This document shows, piece by piece, positions 8,302 to 17,634 of a stretch of DNA of 32,000 nt. The position numbers and the translations under genes are program-made. The stretch comes from Methylophaga frappieri (GTDB lineage: Bacteria > Pseudomonadota > Gammaproteobacteria > Nitrosococcales > Methylophagaceae). The notes under the pieces are model-generated. The model was given only the letters and a program-made list of their open reading frames with translations, was not told where the DNA came from and ran no database searches. How positions within the stretch are numbered: the first letter of the stretch is position 1; every line of letters starts with the position of its first letter. Location: positions 1,380,001 through 1,412,000 of the forward strand of contig NC_017856.1 in assembly GCF_000260965.1 (NCBI RefSeq), given 5' to 3'.

Positions 8302-9015
8302 TTATTGAATCAGCATATTACCGACCAGACCCAACATGAATCCACAAACCGCGCCCAATGCTGGAATTCGGCTATTAATCAATTTAGATTCTGGTGCAAT
8401 ATCCTGAAAAACCAAATATAAAATTCCGGCACTGGCAAATAACATTAAACCGGCGACTAAAGCTTCCATATCAGCCAATAAATAGTATCCGATTAAAGCA
8501 GCAACTGGTCCAATAAGTGCCAGTCCTGAAAAAGCGTAAATGATTTTACTGGCAGAAAAGTCCGATGTTTTAATCAGTTCTTCATAGGCATTAAAGCCCT
8601 CCGGTAAATTCTGTAGCAGCATCATCAACGCGAGAATTAATCCTGTCTGCCCTCCCGTAGCAAAGGCGGTGCCTAATGCAATGGCTTCGGGAATAAAGTC
8701 AGATAACATGGCCACTAACTGACCTGCCGCACTTCGTAAACGCTTCAGCCAACCTTCAAGCCAATAAAAGAAGAAGCCACCAGCAATGAAGTATAAAGCG
8801 GCGTTGAAGGGGCTTAATTTACTGATTCCTTCTGGAACAAGTACCAATGCCACCGCTGAAAATAGCGCACCACCGCCAAAGGCGATGATAAAACAGCGCG
8901 AATTAGCCGTTAAAAAAGCGGGATGCAATAAATCTGCCCGCGCTAATATTGCCCCTGCTGGCATAGCGAGCCCAGCCAGCAAAGCTAATAAAAAGACATT
9001 GACGTATTCAGGCAT
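8302..9015 (-). CDS. ZIP-family divalent metal transporter (ZupT-like)
   Basis: 237 aa and polytopic. It carries a ZIP signature variant LLQNLPEGFNAYEEL (Q in place of the usual H in HNxPEG) and Gly-rich helices. Confidence 0.8.
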   Translation of the reverse strand: MPEYVNVFLLALLAGLAMPAGAILARADLLHPAFLTANSRCFIIAFGGGALFSAVALVLVPEGISKLSPFNAALYFIAGGFFFYWLEGWLKRLRSAAGQLVAMLSDFIPEAIALGTAFATGGQTGLILALMMLLQNLPEGFNAYEELIKTSDFSASKIIYAFSGLALIGPVAALIGYYLLADMEALVAGLMLFASAGILYLVFQDIAPESKLINSRIPALGAVCGFMLGLVGNMLIQ

Positions 9016-9070
9016 AGTATGCCCTTGAAATAAGACCTAGTACCAAAGTTTGGCTTGCTTGCATTAACAG

Positions 9071-9098
9071 TGAAAAAAACGGGCCATTCAGCCCGTTT
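9071..9098 (-). terminator. Rho-independent terminator downstream of yegP-like gene
   Basis: The minus-strand RNA reads AAACGGGC-ugaaug-GCCCGUUU followed by UUUUCA. Stem arms are 9077-9084 and 9091-9098. It sits 28 nt after the stop at 9126. Confidence 0.65.
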
Positions 9099-9125
9099 CA
9101 TTCGTCACTTTTGATCTTGCTCTGT

Positions 9126-9461
9126 TTAGTCAGTCAAGTCATTGACCGACGCTTCTGGCGCATTCTTTTTAACCGAGGCGATGCCATTATCACGACCAGA
9201 TGTCGAACTATAGCTTTGACTGACACCAATCACCTGATGATTACCGGCTTTGAGTGAAAAACTGAATTTGCCGCTTGCTGATTCTTTTTTTTCATAACGC
9301 GCGTCATCGGGCGCATTTTTTTTAACGGACTCGATGCCGTTGTTACAAGCGGCTTTGGTCGTATAGCCTTCACCGGTGAGAATAATTTCGCCATTGCCGG
9401 CTTTGAGTCTGAAGCGATATTCTCCCGCTTTGTCTTGATAGAGTTCGAACTTTGCTGCCAT
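9126..9461 (-). CDS. yegP: YegP/DUF1508 family protein (two tandem repeats)
   Basis: 111 aa with two copies of the motif Y.F.LKAGNG/H..I..S.GY....A..NGI.SVKKNAP. A strong SD AGGAGG precedes the ATG at 9461. Confidence 0.85.
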   Translation of the reverse strand: MAAKFELYQDKAGEYRFRLKAGNGEIILTGEGYTTKAACNNGIESVKKNAPDDARYEKKESASGKFSFSLKAGNHQVIGVSQSYSSTSGRDNGIASVKKNAPEASVNDLTD

Positions 9462-9511
9462 GTGATGTCCCTCCTAGTTTACCTACGTGGAATTCGGTTC
9501 TTGCAAGGAGA

Positions 9512-9540
9512 AAAATAACGACTTTTGGCAAAACTGGCAA
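9512..9540 (-). promoter_or_regulatory. Putative sigma70 promoter of yegP-like gene
   Basis: Minus strand has TTGCCA (9540-9535), a 17-nt spacer and TATTTT (9517-9512), about 45 nt upstream of the ATG. This is a by-eye motif match only. Confidence 0.3.
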
Positions 9541-9629
9541 CGCTTATGATATTGGCGTCGTTAAACATGATCATCAAGCAGCGCACCTGTAACGCATTCA
9601 CCCTGACTGACACCCCCGATTATCCGAGC

Positions 9630-10052
9630 TTACTTCGCTGCATTATTCTGGTCGCCAAAAGATGATCTGCCTAATAGTTTTAACAAAAGATGTCGCCCAC
9701 CCCGCAATACAGGGTAAAGGATCTTGGCAAGCCACTTGGAACGAAACAGCCAATAGTTCAGTCGATTAAATACACCCGATCGACTGCTCAGCAACGCTAA
9801 TACATGCATCGCCTCTGCACCGAGATAATACTGTTCTTCTACTTTTAAAATCATGCCTGCGTCCAGATCAAACCCCTTTTTCTGTAAGACGCTGACTTTA
9901 TCAGGGTGTTGACGTGCATCAATCAGTGTCAATTCACCTACCGAATCACGGATATTCATTACGCGGCTGTAAACAGAACACACCGGGCATTCACCATCAT
10001 AAATGAGTTCAATTTGCCGTTTCTTTACAACTGCATTCGTCTTTTTCGCCAT
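9630..10052 (-). CDS. DCC-family thiol-disulfide oxidoreductase (DUF393)
   Basis: 140 aa. The N-terminal motif YDGECPVC matches the D-x-x-C-x-x-C signature of the DCC family. Confidence 0.8.
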   Translation of the reverse strand: MAKKTNAVVKKRQIELIYDGECPVCSVYSRVMNIRDSVGELTLIDARQHPDKVSVLQKKGFDLDAGMILKVEEQYYLGAEAMHVLALLSSRSGVFNRLNYWLFRSKWLAKILYPVLRGGRHLLLKLLGRSSFGDQNNAAK

Positions 10053-10088
10053 ATTTATATAAAAATCAACGCAATATCGTCACTTGAC

Positions 10089-10901
10089 TCATTTTGAAGC
10101 TGCATCCCAGAGGTACATACTTGCTCGCTTATCTAAAATAGATAATGAATATGCTCGAGTACAGGCAGACTCGGCAAATCCGTAACAGACATGTAAAGGC
10201 ATTAAATGTTCTGCTCTGGGATGACAAAATTCAGCATGGGACGCATTTTGCCAATTAATCAATGCCTGACTTCTTTGTAATTCTGTCATGCCTGGATTTT
10301 GACATGTGTCATGCAACCACTGTTCAAACTCGCGATTGGCCTGGGCTGTCGCTGAAGTTTCCGGTGTAAAAAAGGCGCGCATGTTATGAAAAGAAAAACC
10401 GGATCCAATCAGCAGTAAATCCGGGTCAGCTATTTGTTGCAGTGCTCGCCCGAGATTAATATGCAGTAATGGATCCAAATGACTAAATAGCGATAATTGC
10501 ACACAAGGGATGTCAGCCTGCGGATACATTATTTTCAAGGGCACAAACAGACCATGATCAAAGCCTCGCTTTGAATCAGCACGACAGGATATACCTGCCT
10601 GATTAAGTTTGTTTTTGATGGCTTCAGCCAACAAAGGATGTCCCTGACAAGGATATTCGATTTGATAAGCTGCGGGTGGAAAGCCATTATAGTCATAGAG
10701 CAAAGCGGGTTTAGCCGCGGCAGTGACTGCTGCTTGTTTACTTTCCCAGTGTGCGCTGACCACGATAATTGCTGAAGGCTTTCGAATCTGTTTGGCGATA
10801 GCCTGTAAACCCATGACCATCTCTTGATGGCTGGTATCGCCAAGTAGCGGCAGCGGACCACCGCCATGAGAAAGGAATAATGCACGTCGTGAGGTTTTCA
10901 T
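10089..10901 (-). CDS. Class III extradiol ring-cleavage dioxygenase (YgiD / 4,5-DOPA dioxygenase-like, LigB superfamily)
   Basis: 270 aa. The N-terminal ALFLSHGGGPLPLLGD, the AHWE, GSGFSFHNM and PRAEHLMPLHV segments match the conserved His/metal-ligand blocks of the family. Confidence 0.8.
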   Translation of the reverse strand: MKTSRRALFLSHGGGPLPLLGDTSHQEMVMGLQAIAKQIRKPSAIIVVSAHWESKQAAVTAAAKPALLYDYNGFPPAAYQIEYPCQGHPLLAEAIKNKLNQAGISCRADSKRGFDHGLFVPLKIMYPQADIPCVQLSLFSHLDPLLHINLGRALQQIADPDLLLIGSGFSFHNMRAFFTPETSATAQANREFEQWLHDTCQNPGMTELQRSQALINWQNASHAEFCHPRAEHLMPLHVCYGFAESACTRAYSLSILDKRASMYLWDAASK

Positions 10902-10943
10902 ATAGATTAAAGACCATCACAAACGCAATATGACTGCGTTTAT

Positions 10944-11408
10944 TTACGCTTTTAGCTGCTGCCAAACTCGTGGCACGATAACAACACACCAGACGGCAAT
11001 CACAAACTGCAGGATGCCCGAAAATTCAAACCAGAAATCGACGGGTGGCTCATAAAGCGGCGGCGGAAACAATCGCTGCCAAAGTGGACTGTCGCCGGTA
11101 AATAAATACAGTCCATTTTTGATGACGTGGTTATAGCCACCTTCATAAAACCCGATCCAGCCGATTGGCAACAATATCGCCAACCCCAGAAAAAGCCAGC
11201 CGGCGGGTTGCCTGAACAGACTGATAAAGCGATAAAACAACAAACACACCGTTAATGCTAAACCAATGACAAAAGCAATATGCGCCACATGACCACGCCA
11301 TGGGGTATCGAACAGGATAGCGCCATAAAGATGATGTATTGCGGTGAGTACCAATAAGATAAAACATCCTGTCGCTAACTGCGATACGGCGGATAAACGT
11401 CGTTTCAT
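10944..11408 (-). CDS. Hypothetical 4-TM membrane protein
   Basis: 154-aa ORF with four hydrophobic helices. It lies 38-42 nt from both co-directional neighbours. I recognise no family. Confidence 0.6.
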   Translation of the reverse strand: MKRRLSAVSQLATGCFILLVLTAIHHLYGAILFDTPWRGHVAHIAFVIGLALTVCLLFYRFISLFRQPAGWLFLGLAILLPIGWIGFYEGGYNHVIKNGLYLFTGDSPLWQRLFPPPLYEPPVDFWFEFSGILQFVIAVWCVVIVPRVWQQLKA

Positions 11409-11446
11409 CTGATTAATCTCTTAAGCATACCGTTATCACGCCGGCC

Positions 11447-12238
11447 TTACTGCTCATAAAGTGGTCCTTTTGGGTTTTCGGCGGAAAAATAATCTTCGCC
11501 CTGATAATTCATATAAATGCTGAAATCACGCTGCTTTTCGTTAAATTTTATCCACAACCAGGGTGACAATGCGTTGATTTGTGCCGATTTATATAATTCA
11601 ATGGTCGATGGGCAGATATCCAGTATTGTTTGAATGTGCGCGATGGTTATCTTGTCACTAAATCTGAAGTGTGCGAAAGCCTTCGGAATACGCCCTTCCG
11701 GATTGTTTTCGATGAAATCCTGCCGACACGCTGCGTAAAGTGCCTTGCTACTCTCTTGTGGATGATAGCCATAATAAAACGTATGCATCGGCCCGCGTGA
11801 AACTACGGCATCAGCGTCACCCAACTCAGACTGGATTTCATCAAATATGTTTGTCTTATCAAACATGGCATTGCGTAGCGCAATACGCGTAATGGTGATT
11901 AGTGGTGAGCGAATATCAGCATTGTCTCTGGTTTCCGGAATATCCCGGCCAAAGTTAGGAAAGGAAATACTGACTTTCATTTTAGGGTCGGTCACTTCGT
12001 ATAGAAAATGTCCCTTGGTCGCCGGATCCTCGTGAGCGGCAAGCACCTTATCTCCACTCTTGGCCAGCTTCAATGCCTCAGCGCGTGACATACCCGGATA
12101 TATTCCATAATACGTATATTGCTGACCCTGACGACTTTTGACTTCTGTCACCACATCTTGAAAATGCTCAGTGGCAGTTTCTGCCTGCGCGCAGGCCGTC
12201 AACGATACTAACAATACACCCAAAAACCGAAAATTCAT
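11447..12238 (-). CDS. Hypothetical lipoprotein
   Basis: The signal peptide carries a lipobox (LLVSLTAC). AAGGAG lies 5 nt before the second ATG at 12238, and the track ORF starts one codon earlier at 12241. I recognise no domain. Confidence 0.6.
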   Translation of the reverse strand: MNFRFLGVLLVSLTACAQAETATEHFQDVVTEVKSRQGQQYTYYGIYPGMSRAEALKLAKSGDKVLAAHEDPATKGHFLYEVTDPKMKVSISFPNFGRDIPETRDNADIRSPLITITRIALRNAMFDKTNIFDEIQSELGDADAVVSRGPMHTFYYGYHPQESSKALYAACRQDFIENNPEGRIPKAFAHFRFSDKITIAHIQTILDICPSTIELYKSAQINALSPWLWIKFNEKQRDFSIYMNYQGEDYFSAENPKGPLYEQ

Positions 12239-12284
12239 CATCGCTCCTTGAAATTAACACGCGTTATCCACTAGATTAGGTACG

Positions 12285-12296
12285 AATATCGATATT
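12285..12296. repeat. 12-bp perfect palindrome AATATCGATATT
   Basis: Read directly from the sequence. It lies in the 64-bp gap between the STAS gene stop (12303) and the lipoprotein gene start (12238). Confidence 0.6.
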
Positions 12297-12302
12297 ATCA
12301 AA

Positions 12303-12668
12303 CTAGCCGACAAGCCAGGCTTCTGCCTGATCCTGCTGATGCCGTTCAAAGGCCTTAATCGTCAAGCCCGGAAACAACGCGCCCTCCAACTCACTCACCG
12401 TTTTTATCCATTGCTTATCGGTCAGCACAGCAACCCGATCAAACTGTTTAACCAGTTTCAACATTGCGGGTAAACGAGATAGCTCGACGCCAATCGCGCT
12501 GAGTGAGGGCAAATGAAACGAAACAATATCGTAAAGCATCAGACCATGTTCAATACCTGCTGATTGCATAACCAGCTCATCCAATGCTGTCCGCATTTGC
12601 ATCGCATCTAACTTGCCTTGCAGCGCAATATCCAGCCGATTCTCACCAATACGTTTAACCGTCAACAT
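12303..12668 (-). CDS. STAS/SEC14-like (SpoIIAA-like, DUF3478) domain protein
   Basis: 121 aa. The overall pattern (RLDIALQGKLDA..., FDRVAVLTDKQWIK) is typical of the small STAS/SEC14 stand-alone proteins. SD GGAGAG precedes the ATG. Confidence 0.65.
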   Translation of the reverse strand: MLTVKRIGENRLDIALQGKLDAMQMRTALDELVMQSAGIEHGLMLYDIVSFHLPSLSAIGVELSRLPAMLKLVKQFDRVAVLTDKQWIKTVSELEGALFPGLTIKAFERHQQDQAEAWLVG

Positions 12669-12843
12669 GACCTACTCTCCTGTGATAGGTAAAGCTATCT
12701 AATTAGTTTCCTCCTGCTTTGGTCAGACTTCAACTTTGTTATGACAAAGAATCCTTGTCTCGCCGTCTCACTAACTTGAGAGAATGTTGCGCCGGGTTGT
12801 GACGCAAGCCGCCGATTTGGCAGCATGGCGATACATCAGACAC

Positions 12844-12870
12844 AAAAAAACGAGCGTAAACCCGTTTTTT
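12844..12870 (-). terminator. Possible weak A/T-rich terminator hairpin after lysS
   Basis: The minus strand reads AAAAAACG-gguuuacgcu-CGUUUUUU and then U. It lies 25 nt after the lysS stop. The stem is A/U-rich with only two G:C pairs, so support is weak. Confidence 0.3.
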
Positions 12871-12894
12871 CATTATGCGATAAGCTGAGCGAAT

Positions 12895-14388
12895 TTACTC
12901 TGGCCGCATATGTGGAAATAACAACACATCACGAATTGAGGGCGAATCCGTTAATAACATGACCAGCCGATCAATACCAATCCCTTCGCCCGCTGTCGGC
13001 GGCATTCCGTATTCCAGAGCGCGAATATAATCGGCATCATAGTGCATGGCTTCCAAATCGCCAGCATCTTTATCTTCAACCTGTTTCTTAAACCGCTCAG
13101 CCTGATCTTCCGCATCATTCAACTCAGAAAAACCATTAGCGATTTCACGGCCGCCAACAAAAAACTCAAATCGGTCGGTCACAAAAGGATCGCCATCACT
13201 TCGTCTGGCCAGGGGCGAAACTTCGGTCGGATAAGCGGTGATGAAAGTGGGTTGCATCAGTTGATGTTCAACGGTCTTTTCAAAAATTTCGATTTGGACT
13301 TTGCCTAAACCGTAACTGTCTTTGATGGGAATACCAAGCGCTTTGGCAACCGCCGTCGCAGCAGCCAGGTCATCCAACTGCGCTGCAGTTAATGCTGGGT
13401 TAAAGTGCAAAATGGATTCTTTCACGGTCATCCGTGAAAAAGGTTCGGCAAAATCAATATCCAGCCCTTGATAATGGACTTGGGTTGTCCCCAACGCATG
13501 CTGCGTTACGGAGCGCAACATATTTTCGGTCAAATCCATCAACTCAATATAATCTGCATAGGCTTGATAGAACTCAACCATGGTGAATTCTGGGTTATGG
13601 CGTGTCGACAAGCCTTCATTACGAAAATTACGGTTAATTTCAAAGACGCGTTCAAATCCCCCGACGACCAATCGCTTCAAATATAACTCTGGCGCGATTC
13701 GCAGAAATAAATCCATATCCAGCGCGTTGTGATGGGTTGTAAAAGGCCGTGCGGTGGCCCCGCCGGGAATGGCCTGCATCATGGGTGTTTCGACTTCGAG
13801 GTAATCTTTGTCGATTAAAAACCGGCGAATGCCATCAATGATCTGACTACGCAGTCTGAAAATTTCACGGCTGGGCTCGTTCATAATCAAATCAACATAA
13901 CGCTGTCGATAGCGTGTTTCTTGATCAGATAAGCCATGGAATTTTTCTGGCAGCGGCCGCAATGACTTGGTCAACAGGCGAATCGTGTCGACATGCACTG
14001 ACAACTCACCTTTTTTTGTGCGAAACAGGGTGCCCTCAGCGCCAATAATATCGCCCATATCCCAGGTTTTGAACTGCGGATAAATCCCCTCTGCCAACTC
14101 ATCACGTGCAACATATAACTGGATATCACCAGACATATCACGAAGGTTGGCAAAACTCGCCTTACCCATCACCCGCTTGGTCATCATTCTGCCGGCAACA
14201 GCCACCCGGATAGAAGCCGCTTTGAGTTTTTCAGCATCCCAATCGGCATAATCAGTCTGCAACGCGCTATTCATCACATTGCGACGAAAATCATTAGGAA
14301 AAGCATTGCCTTGCTCGCGAATATGGTTCAGTTTTTCCCGGCGTTGCGCGATGAGCCGGTTTTCATCCAATTCATTTTCTTGGGTCAT
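12895..14388 (-). CDS. lysS: Lysine--tRNA ligase (class II)
   Basis: 497 aa. It shows end-to-end resemblance to LysS, with an OB-fold N-domain and class II motifs (FRNEG, GGxGIGIDRL near the C-terminus). The ATG lies 1 nt after the prfB stop, matching the E. coli prfB-lysS operon. Confidence 0.97.
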   Translation of the reverse strand: MTQENELDENRLIAQRREKLNHIREQGNAFPNDFRRNVMNSALQTDYADWDAEKLKAASIRVAVAGRMMTKRVMGKASFANLRDMSGDIQLYVARDELAEGIYPQFKTWDMGDIIGAEGTLFRTKKGELSVHVDTIRLLTKSLRPLPEKFHGLSDQETRYRQRYVDLIMNEPSREIFRLRSQIIDGIRRFLIDKDYLEVETPMMQAIPGGATARPFTTHHNALDMDLFLRIAPELYLKRLVVGGFERVFEINRNFRNEGLSTRHNPEFTMVEFYQAYADYIELMDLTENMLRSVTQHALGTTQVHYQGLDIDFAEPFSRMTVKESILHFNPALTAAQLDDLAAATAVAKALGIPIKDSYGLGKVQIEIFEKTVEHQLMQPTFITAYPTEVSPLARRSDGDPFVTDRFEFFVGGREIANGFSELNDAEDQAERFKKQVEDKDAGDLEAMHYDADYIRALEYGMPPTAGEGIGIDRLVMLLTDSPSIRDVLLFPHMRPE

Positions 14389-14389
14389 G

Positions 14390-15485
14390 TTATAAGCCTG
14401 ATTTCAATGACGCCTCGATAAACTGATCTAAATCACCATCAAGGACTGCTTGCGTGTTGCCAGTTTCTACGCCCGTGCGTAGATCTTTAATTCGAGATTG
14501 ATCTAATACGTATGAACGAATCTGACTGCCCCAGCCAATGTCTGATTTAGACTCTTCTGCAGCCTGCTTCACTTCATTTTGTTTTTGCAGTTCGAGTTCG
14601 TACAGTTTGGCGCGTAATGCATTCATTGCCCGATCCCGGTTTTGGTGCTGACTTCGTTCCGTTTGACACTGCACAACCGTATTGGTCGGGATATGGGTGA
14701 TCCTGACCGCCGAATCCGTTGTATTAACGTGCTGACCACCTGCGCCGCTGGATCGATACGTATCCACGCGTAAGTCAGCCGGATTAATATCAATCTCAAT
14801 GGTATCGTCTACCTCCGGGTAAACAAATACCGATGCAAAGGACGTATGCCGACGTGCGCCCGAGTCAAAGGGTGATTTTCGAACTAACCGATGTACGCCG
14901 GTTTCAGTACGTAACATACCGAAAGCATATTCGCCTTCCAGCCTAACTGTCGCTGATTTGATACCCGCCACATCCCCTGCAGACACTTCCATCAATTCGA
15001 CTTTGTACTCATTGGCTTCTCCCCAACGCAAGTACATTCTCAGCAACATATTGGCCCAGTCCTGCGCTTCGGTACCGCCCGATCCTGCCTGAATATCGAG
15101 ATAAGCACTGCTGGCATCCAGCTTGCCGGAAAACATGCGCTGAAATTCCAGTTTTTCCAGCCCTTTTTCCAGCTCATCCAAATCGGCAGTAATAGCGTTA
15201 AAGGTTGCTTCATCGCCCTCTTCAACTGCCATTTCCAGCAAATCTTTAGCATCATCAAGGGTATCGCGGTGACCAGACAAAGTCTGCACCAGCTTTTCCA
15301 GGTTGGCCCGTTCTTGACCTAGTTTTTGCGCTCGCTCTGGTTCGTTCCAGACATCAGGCACTTCTAACTCTCGGGTAACCTCAACTAACCGTTCTGCCTT
15401 GGCATCGTAGTCAAAGATACCCCCTGAGATCGTCACTGCGATCTCGAAGTGTTTTAATCCGTTGCATCGTTGCGCCCAGTTCCAA
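14390..15485 (-). CDS. prfB: Peptide chain release factor 2 (requires programmed +1 frameshift)
   Basis: The frame-0 leader starts at TTG 15485 (or ATG 15467) and encodes ...[18 protein letters not shown]. It ends at an in-frame TGA (15411-15413). The +1 frame continues DYDAKAERL... to TAA at 14390. The RF2 SPF motif (RKSPFDS) and GGQ motif (SGAGGQHVN) are both present. Confidence 0.95.
15410..15425 (-). other. prfB +1 ribosomal frameshift site: AGGGGG-UAU-CUU-UGA-C
   Basis: The minus strand reads AGG GGG TAT CTT TGA C. The SD-like AGGGGG (15425-15420) lies 3 nt before the slippery CUU (15416-15414), followed by UGA (15413-15411) and C (15410). This matches the canonical RF2 autoregulatory site. 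Confidence 0.9.
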
Positions 15486-15550
15486 GCTGCACCTCTTCTC
15501 GCAAATGTTCAAAAAGTCAGAAAACCCAGTATTGTAACGAAAAAAAGGGC

Positions 15551-16396
15551 TTATTGCTTGGGCAGATAACGCATTGGGTCGACAGGCTGACCGTTACGCC
15601 GTATTTCAAAATGCAGCTGGTCGCGTTGTGTGCCTGTCCGGCCTAACGTGGCAATTTTTTGTCCGGCCTGCACGCTATCCCCTTCTTTGACTAATAAGGT
15701 TTGGTTATGGGCATACGCGCTTAAATAAACATCATTGTGTTTAACGATAAGCAAATTACCGTAGCGTGGCAAACCATCACCACTGTAGACCACTCGACCA
15801 TTGGCAGCCGCAACGACATCTTGACCGGCTTTTCCAGCAATTTTGATGCCTTTACGGGTCGCACTGGTATTCGAAAAGCTGGATAACAAAGGACCCGCTG
15901 TTGGCCAGCGCCAGGATGGATTGCCTGAACCGGTTGGCATGGGCGACGAGGATGGCCGGGGTTGTGTTGCCGGTTCCGGTTTCACCGCTGGTTTTGGCGC
16001 AACCGTTGTCGCAGGCGATGGTGGCGTTTTCTGAACCGGTTTTGGCGATGCTACGCTCGGCTTATTCGATGGCACAGATGAAGCCACGGGTTTGCTCACA
16101 CTCGCCGTTCGCTGCGCTGGTGGCGCACCACGGAATTTCAATTTCTGTCCAACGTATATGGTATAGGGCGACCGTATACCATTAACACGAGCCAATTCAC
16201 GCCAATCCATCCCATATCGGAAACTAATTGAATAAAGCGTATCACCACGTTTAACACTGTAGCTTAGTGGCGCATCCAGAGGCGCTGTCGGTGTCCGCTG
16301 TGAACTACGACTTTCATATTGTCCTACTGGTGCGACAGCCTTACCGCCGCCACAGGCCGTCAAAGCTAAGAACAATAGATACAGATAACGTTTCAT
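15551..16396 (-). CDS. nlpD: Murein hydrolase activator lipoprotein NlpD (LysM + M23 domain)
   Basis: It has a lipobox (LALTAC) and a LysM domain (YSVKRGDTLYSISFRYGMDWRELARVNGI). A Pro/Ser-rich linker is followed by an M23-type C-terminus (LSAYAHNQTLLVKEGDSVQAGQKIATLG...LHFEIR). Confidence 0.9.
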   Translation of the reverse strand: MKRYLYLLFLALTACGGGKAVAPVGQYESRSSQRTPTAPLDAPLSYSVKRGDTLYSISFRYGMDWRELARVNGIRSPYTIYVGQKLKFRGAPPAQRTASVSKPVASSVPSNKPSVASPKPVQKTPPSPATTVAPKPAVKPEPATQPRPSSSPMPTGSGNPSWRWPTAGPLLSSFSNTSATRKGIKIAGKAGQDVVAAANGRVVYSGDGLPRYGNLLIVKHNDVYLSAYAHNQTLLVKEGDSVQAGQKIATLGRTGTQRDQLHFEIRRNGQPVDPMRYLPKQ

Positions 16397-16397
16397 A

Positions 16398-16973
16398 TCA
16401 TCGGATAAGAAAATAAGTGAAAACCAATATAGCGACCGTCAGCCAACCTAACCAGTCCATCCATTGATGCAGTCGGCTTTCCAAAGCTTCGCCCCCCCAT
16501 CTCATCAGCGCTGCAACTAAGAAAAAACGGCTGCCTCGGCCGACCAGAGAGCCAAGTATAAACGGTAACAATGGCATGGCAACGGCGCCCGCTGCAATGG
16601 TAAAAATTTTATACGGAATAGGCGTGAAACCAGCCAGAAAAATCGCCCAAAAACCCCATTTCTCAAACCAGCCTTGGGCGATCAGGTACGCTTCAAGGTA
16701 ATCAAACCTCACCAGCCACGGCTGCACTAATTCCAGCGCAAACTGACCAATGACATATCCCAGTAAACCGCCTGCTACCGACATAACTGTCGTTAATGCA
16801 GCATAAAACCAGGCTTTTTTCGGCTGGGCTAATGACATTGGCGCCAGCATGACATCCGGCGGCACCAGAAAAAATGAAGACTCGGTGAAACTGACTATCG
16901 CTAACCAAACACTCGCATACCGATGACGTGCCCACTGCATTGTCCGGGCATAGAGTGACGAAAAAATCTTCAT
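16398..16973 (-). CDS. YqaA-like (DedA/VTT-domain related) inner-membrane protein
   Basis: About 191 aa and polytopic. The ATG at 16973 shares its A with the pcm TGA (TGATG). The track ORF begins one codon earlier at a TTG. Confidence 0.75.
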   Translation of the reverse strand: MKIFSSLYARTMQWARHRYASVWLAIVSFTESSFFLVPPDVMLAPMSLAQPKKAWFYAALTTVMSVAGGLLGYVIGQFALELVQPWLVRFDYLEAYLIAQGWFEKWGFWAIFLAGFTPIPYKIFTIAAGAVAMPLLPFILGSLVGRGSRFFLVAALMRWGGEALESRLHQWMDWLGWLTVAILVFTYFLIR

Positions 16974-17632
16974 CAAATATGGCCGCTAAGTAACGGTACG
17001 AAACTGACTGGCTCCCATTCGGACTCTTCGAAAGTATTGCCATTACGATCAATCACCCGTAATGATTGACCTTTTGCTGTGCCCACCGGAATCACCAACC
17101 GTCCTCCGGGAGCCAATTGATGCAATAGACTCTCGGGGATTTGTTCGGGCGCACAGGTGACGATAATACCGTCATAGGGTGCATTTTCCTGCCATCCCCA
17201 ACTCCCGTCACTATGCTTGAGACGAATATTGTTTAGCTTCAACTGATAAAAACGTTCACGCGCCTGTTTGAGTAACGGTGAGATACGTTCAACACTAAAA
17301 ATCCGAGGCACCAAATTAGACAGAACGGCTGTTTGATACCCCGATCCGGTACCGACCTCCAGTACCTTACTGCGTGGCGATCCCTGTAATAAAATTTCTG
17401 TCATTCTGGCGACAATAAAAGGTTGCGAAATTGTTTGTCCATGACCAATTGGCAACGCCGTGTCTTCATAAGCCCGGCTGGCTAACGCCTCATCGACAAA
17501 CAAGTGTCTTGGACATTGTCGCATCGTTGCTAATACCTGCTGATTTTTGATTCCTCGATCTTGCAAACGCTGAATCAACCTATCTCGCGTGCGTTGCGAG
17601 GTCATGCCAATGCCGCGTGGATCGGCCACCAT
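16973..17632 (-). CDS. pcm: Protein-L-isoaspartate O-methyltransferase
   Basis: 219 aa. It has a SAM motif [15 protein letters not shown] and conserved QTISQP. It sits directly after surE, as in many proteobacteria. Confidence 0.93.
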   Translation of the reverse strand: MVADPRGIGMTSQRTRDRLIQRLQDRGIKNQQVLATMRQCPRHLFVDEALASRAYEDTALPIGHGQTISQPFIVARMTEILLQGSPRSKVLEVGTGSGYQTAVLSNLVPRIFSVERISPLLKQARERFYQLKLNNIRLKHSDGSWGWQENAPYDGIIVTCAPEQIPESLLHQLAPGGRLVIPVGTAKGQSLRVIDRNGNTFEESEWEPVSFVPLLSGHI

Positions 17633-17634
17633 TG

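Noticed and set aside
9547-9666. 39-aa + strand ORF (MILASLNMIIKQRTC...) in the yegP-DCC spacer
   Set aside because: It has no SD and runs antisense into the 3' end of the DCC gene. It occupies the region that holds the likely yegP promoter.
10535-10989. Alternative-frame minus-strand ORFs 10535-10885 and 10738-10989
   Set aside because: They are fully overlapped by the well-supported dioxygenase and 4-TM genes, and they have no motifs. They are shadow ORFs.
12739-12873. 44-aa minus-strand ORF (MKKRVYARFFVSDV...) starting just after lysS
   Set aside because: It has no SD, begins inside the putative lysS terminator hairpin, and has an Arg-rich sequence with no hydrophobic or structural pattern.
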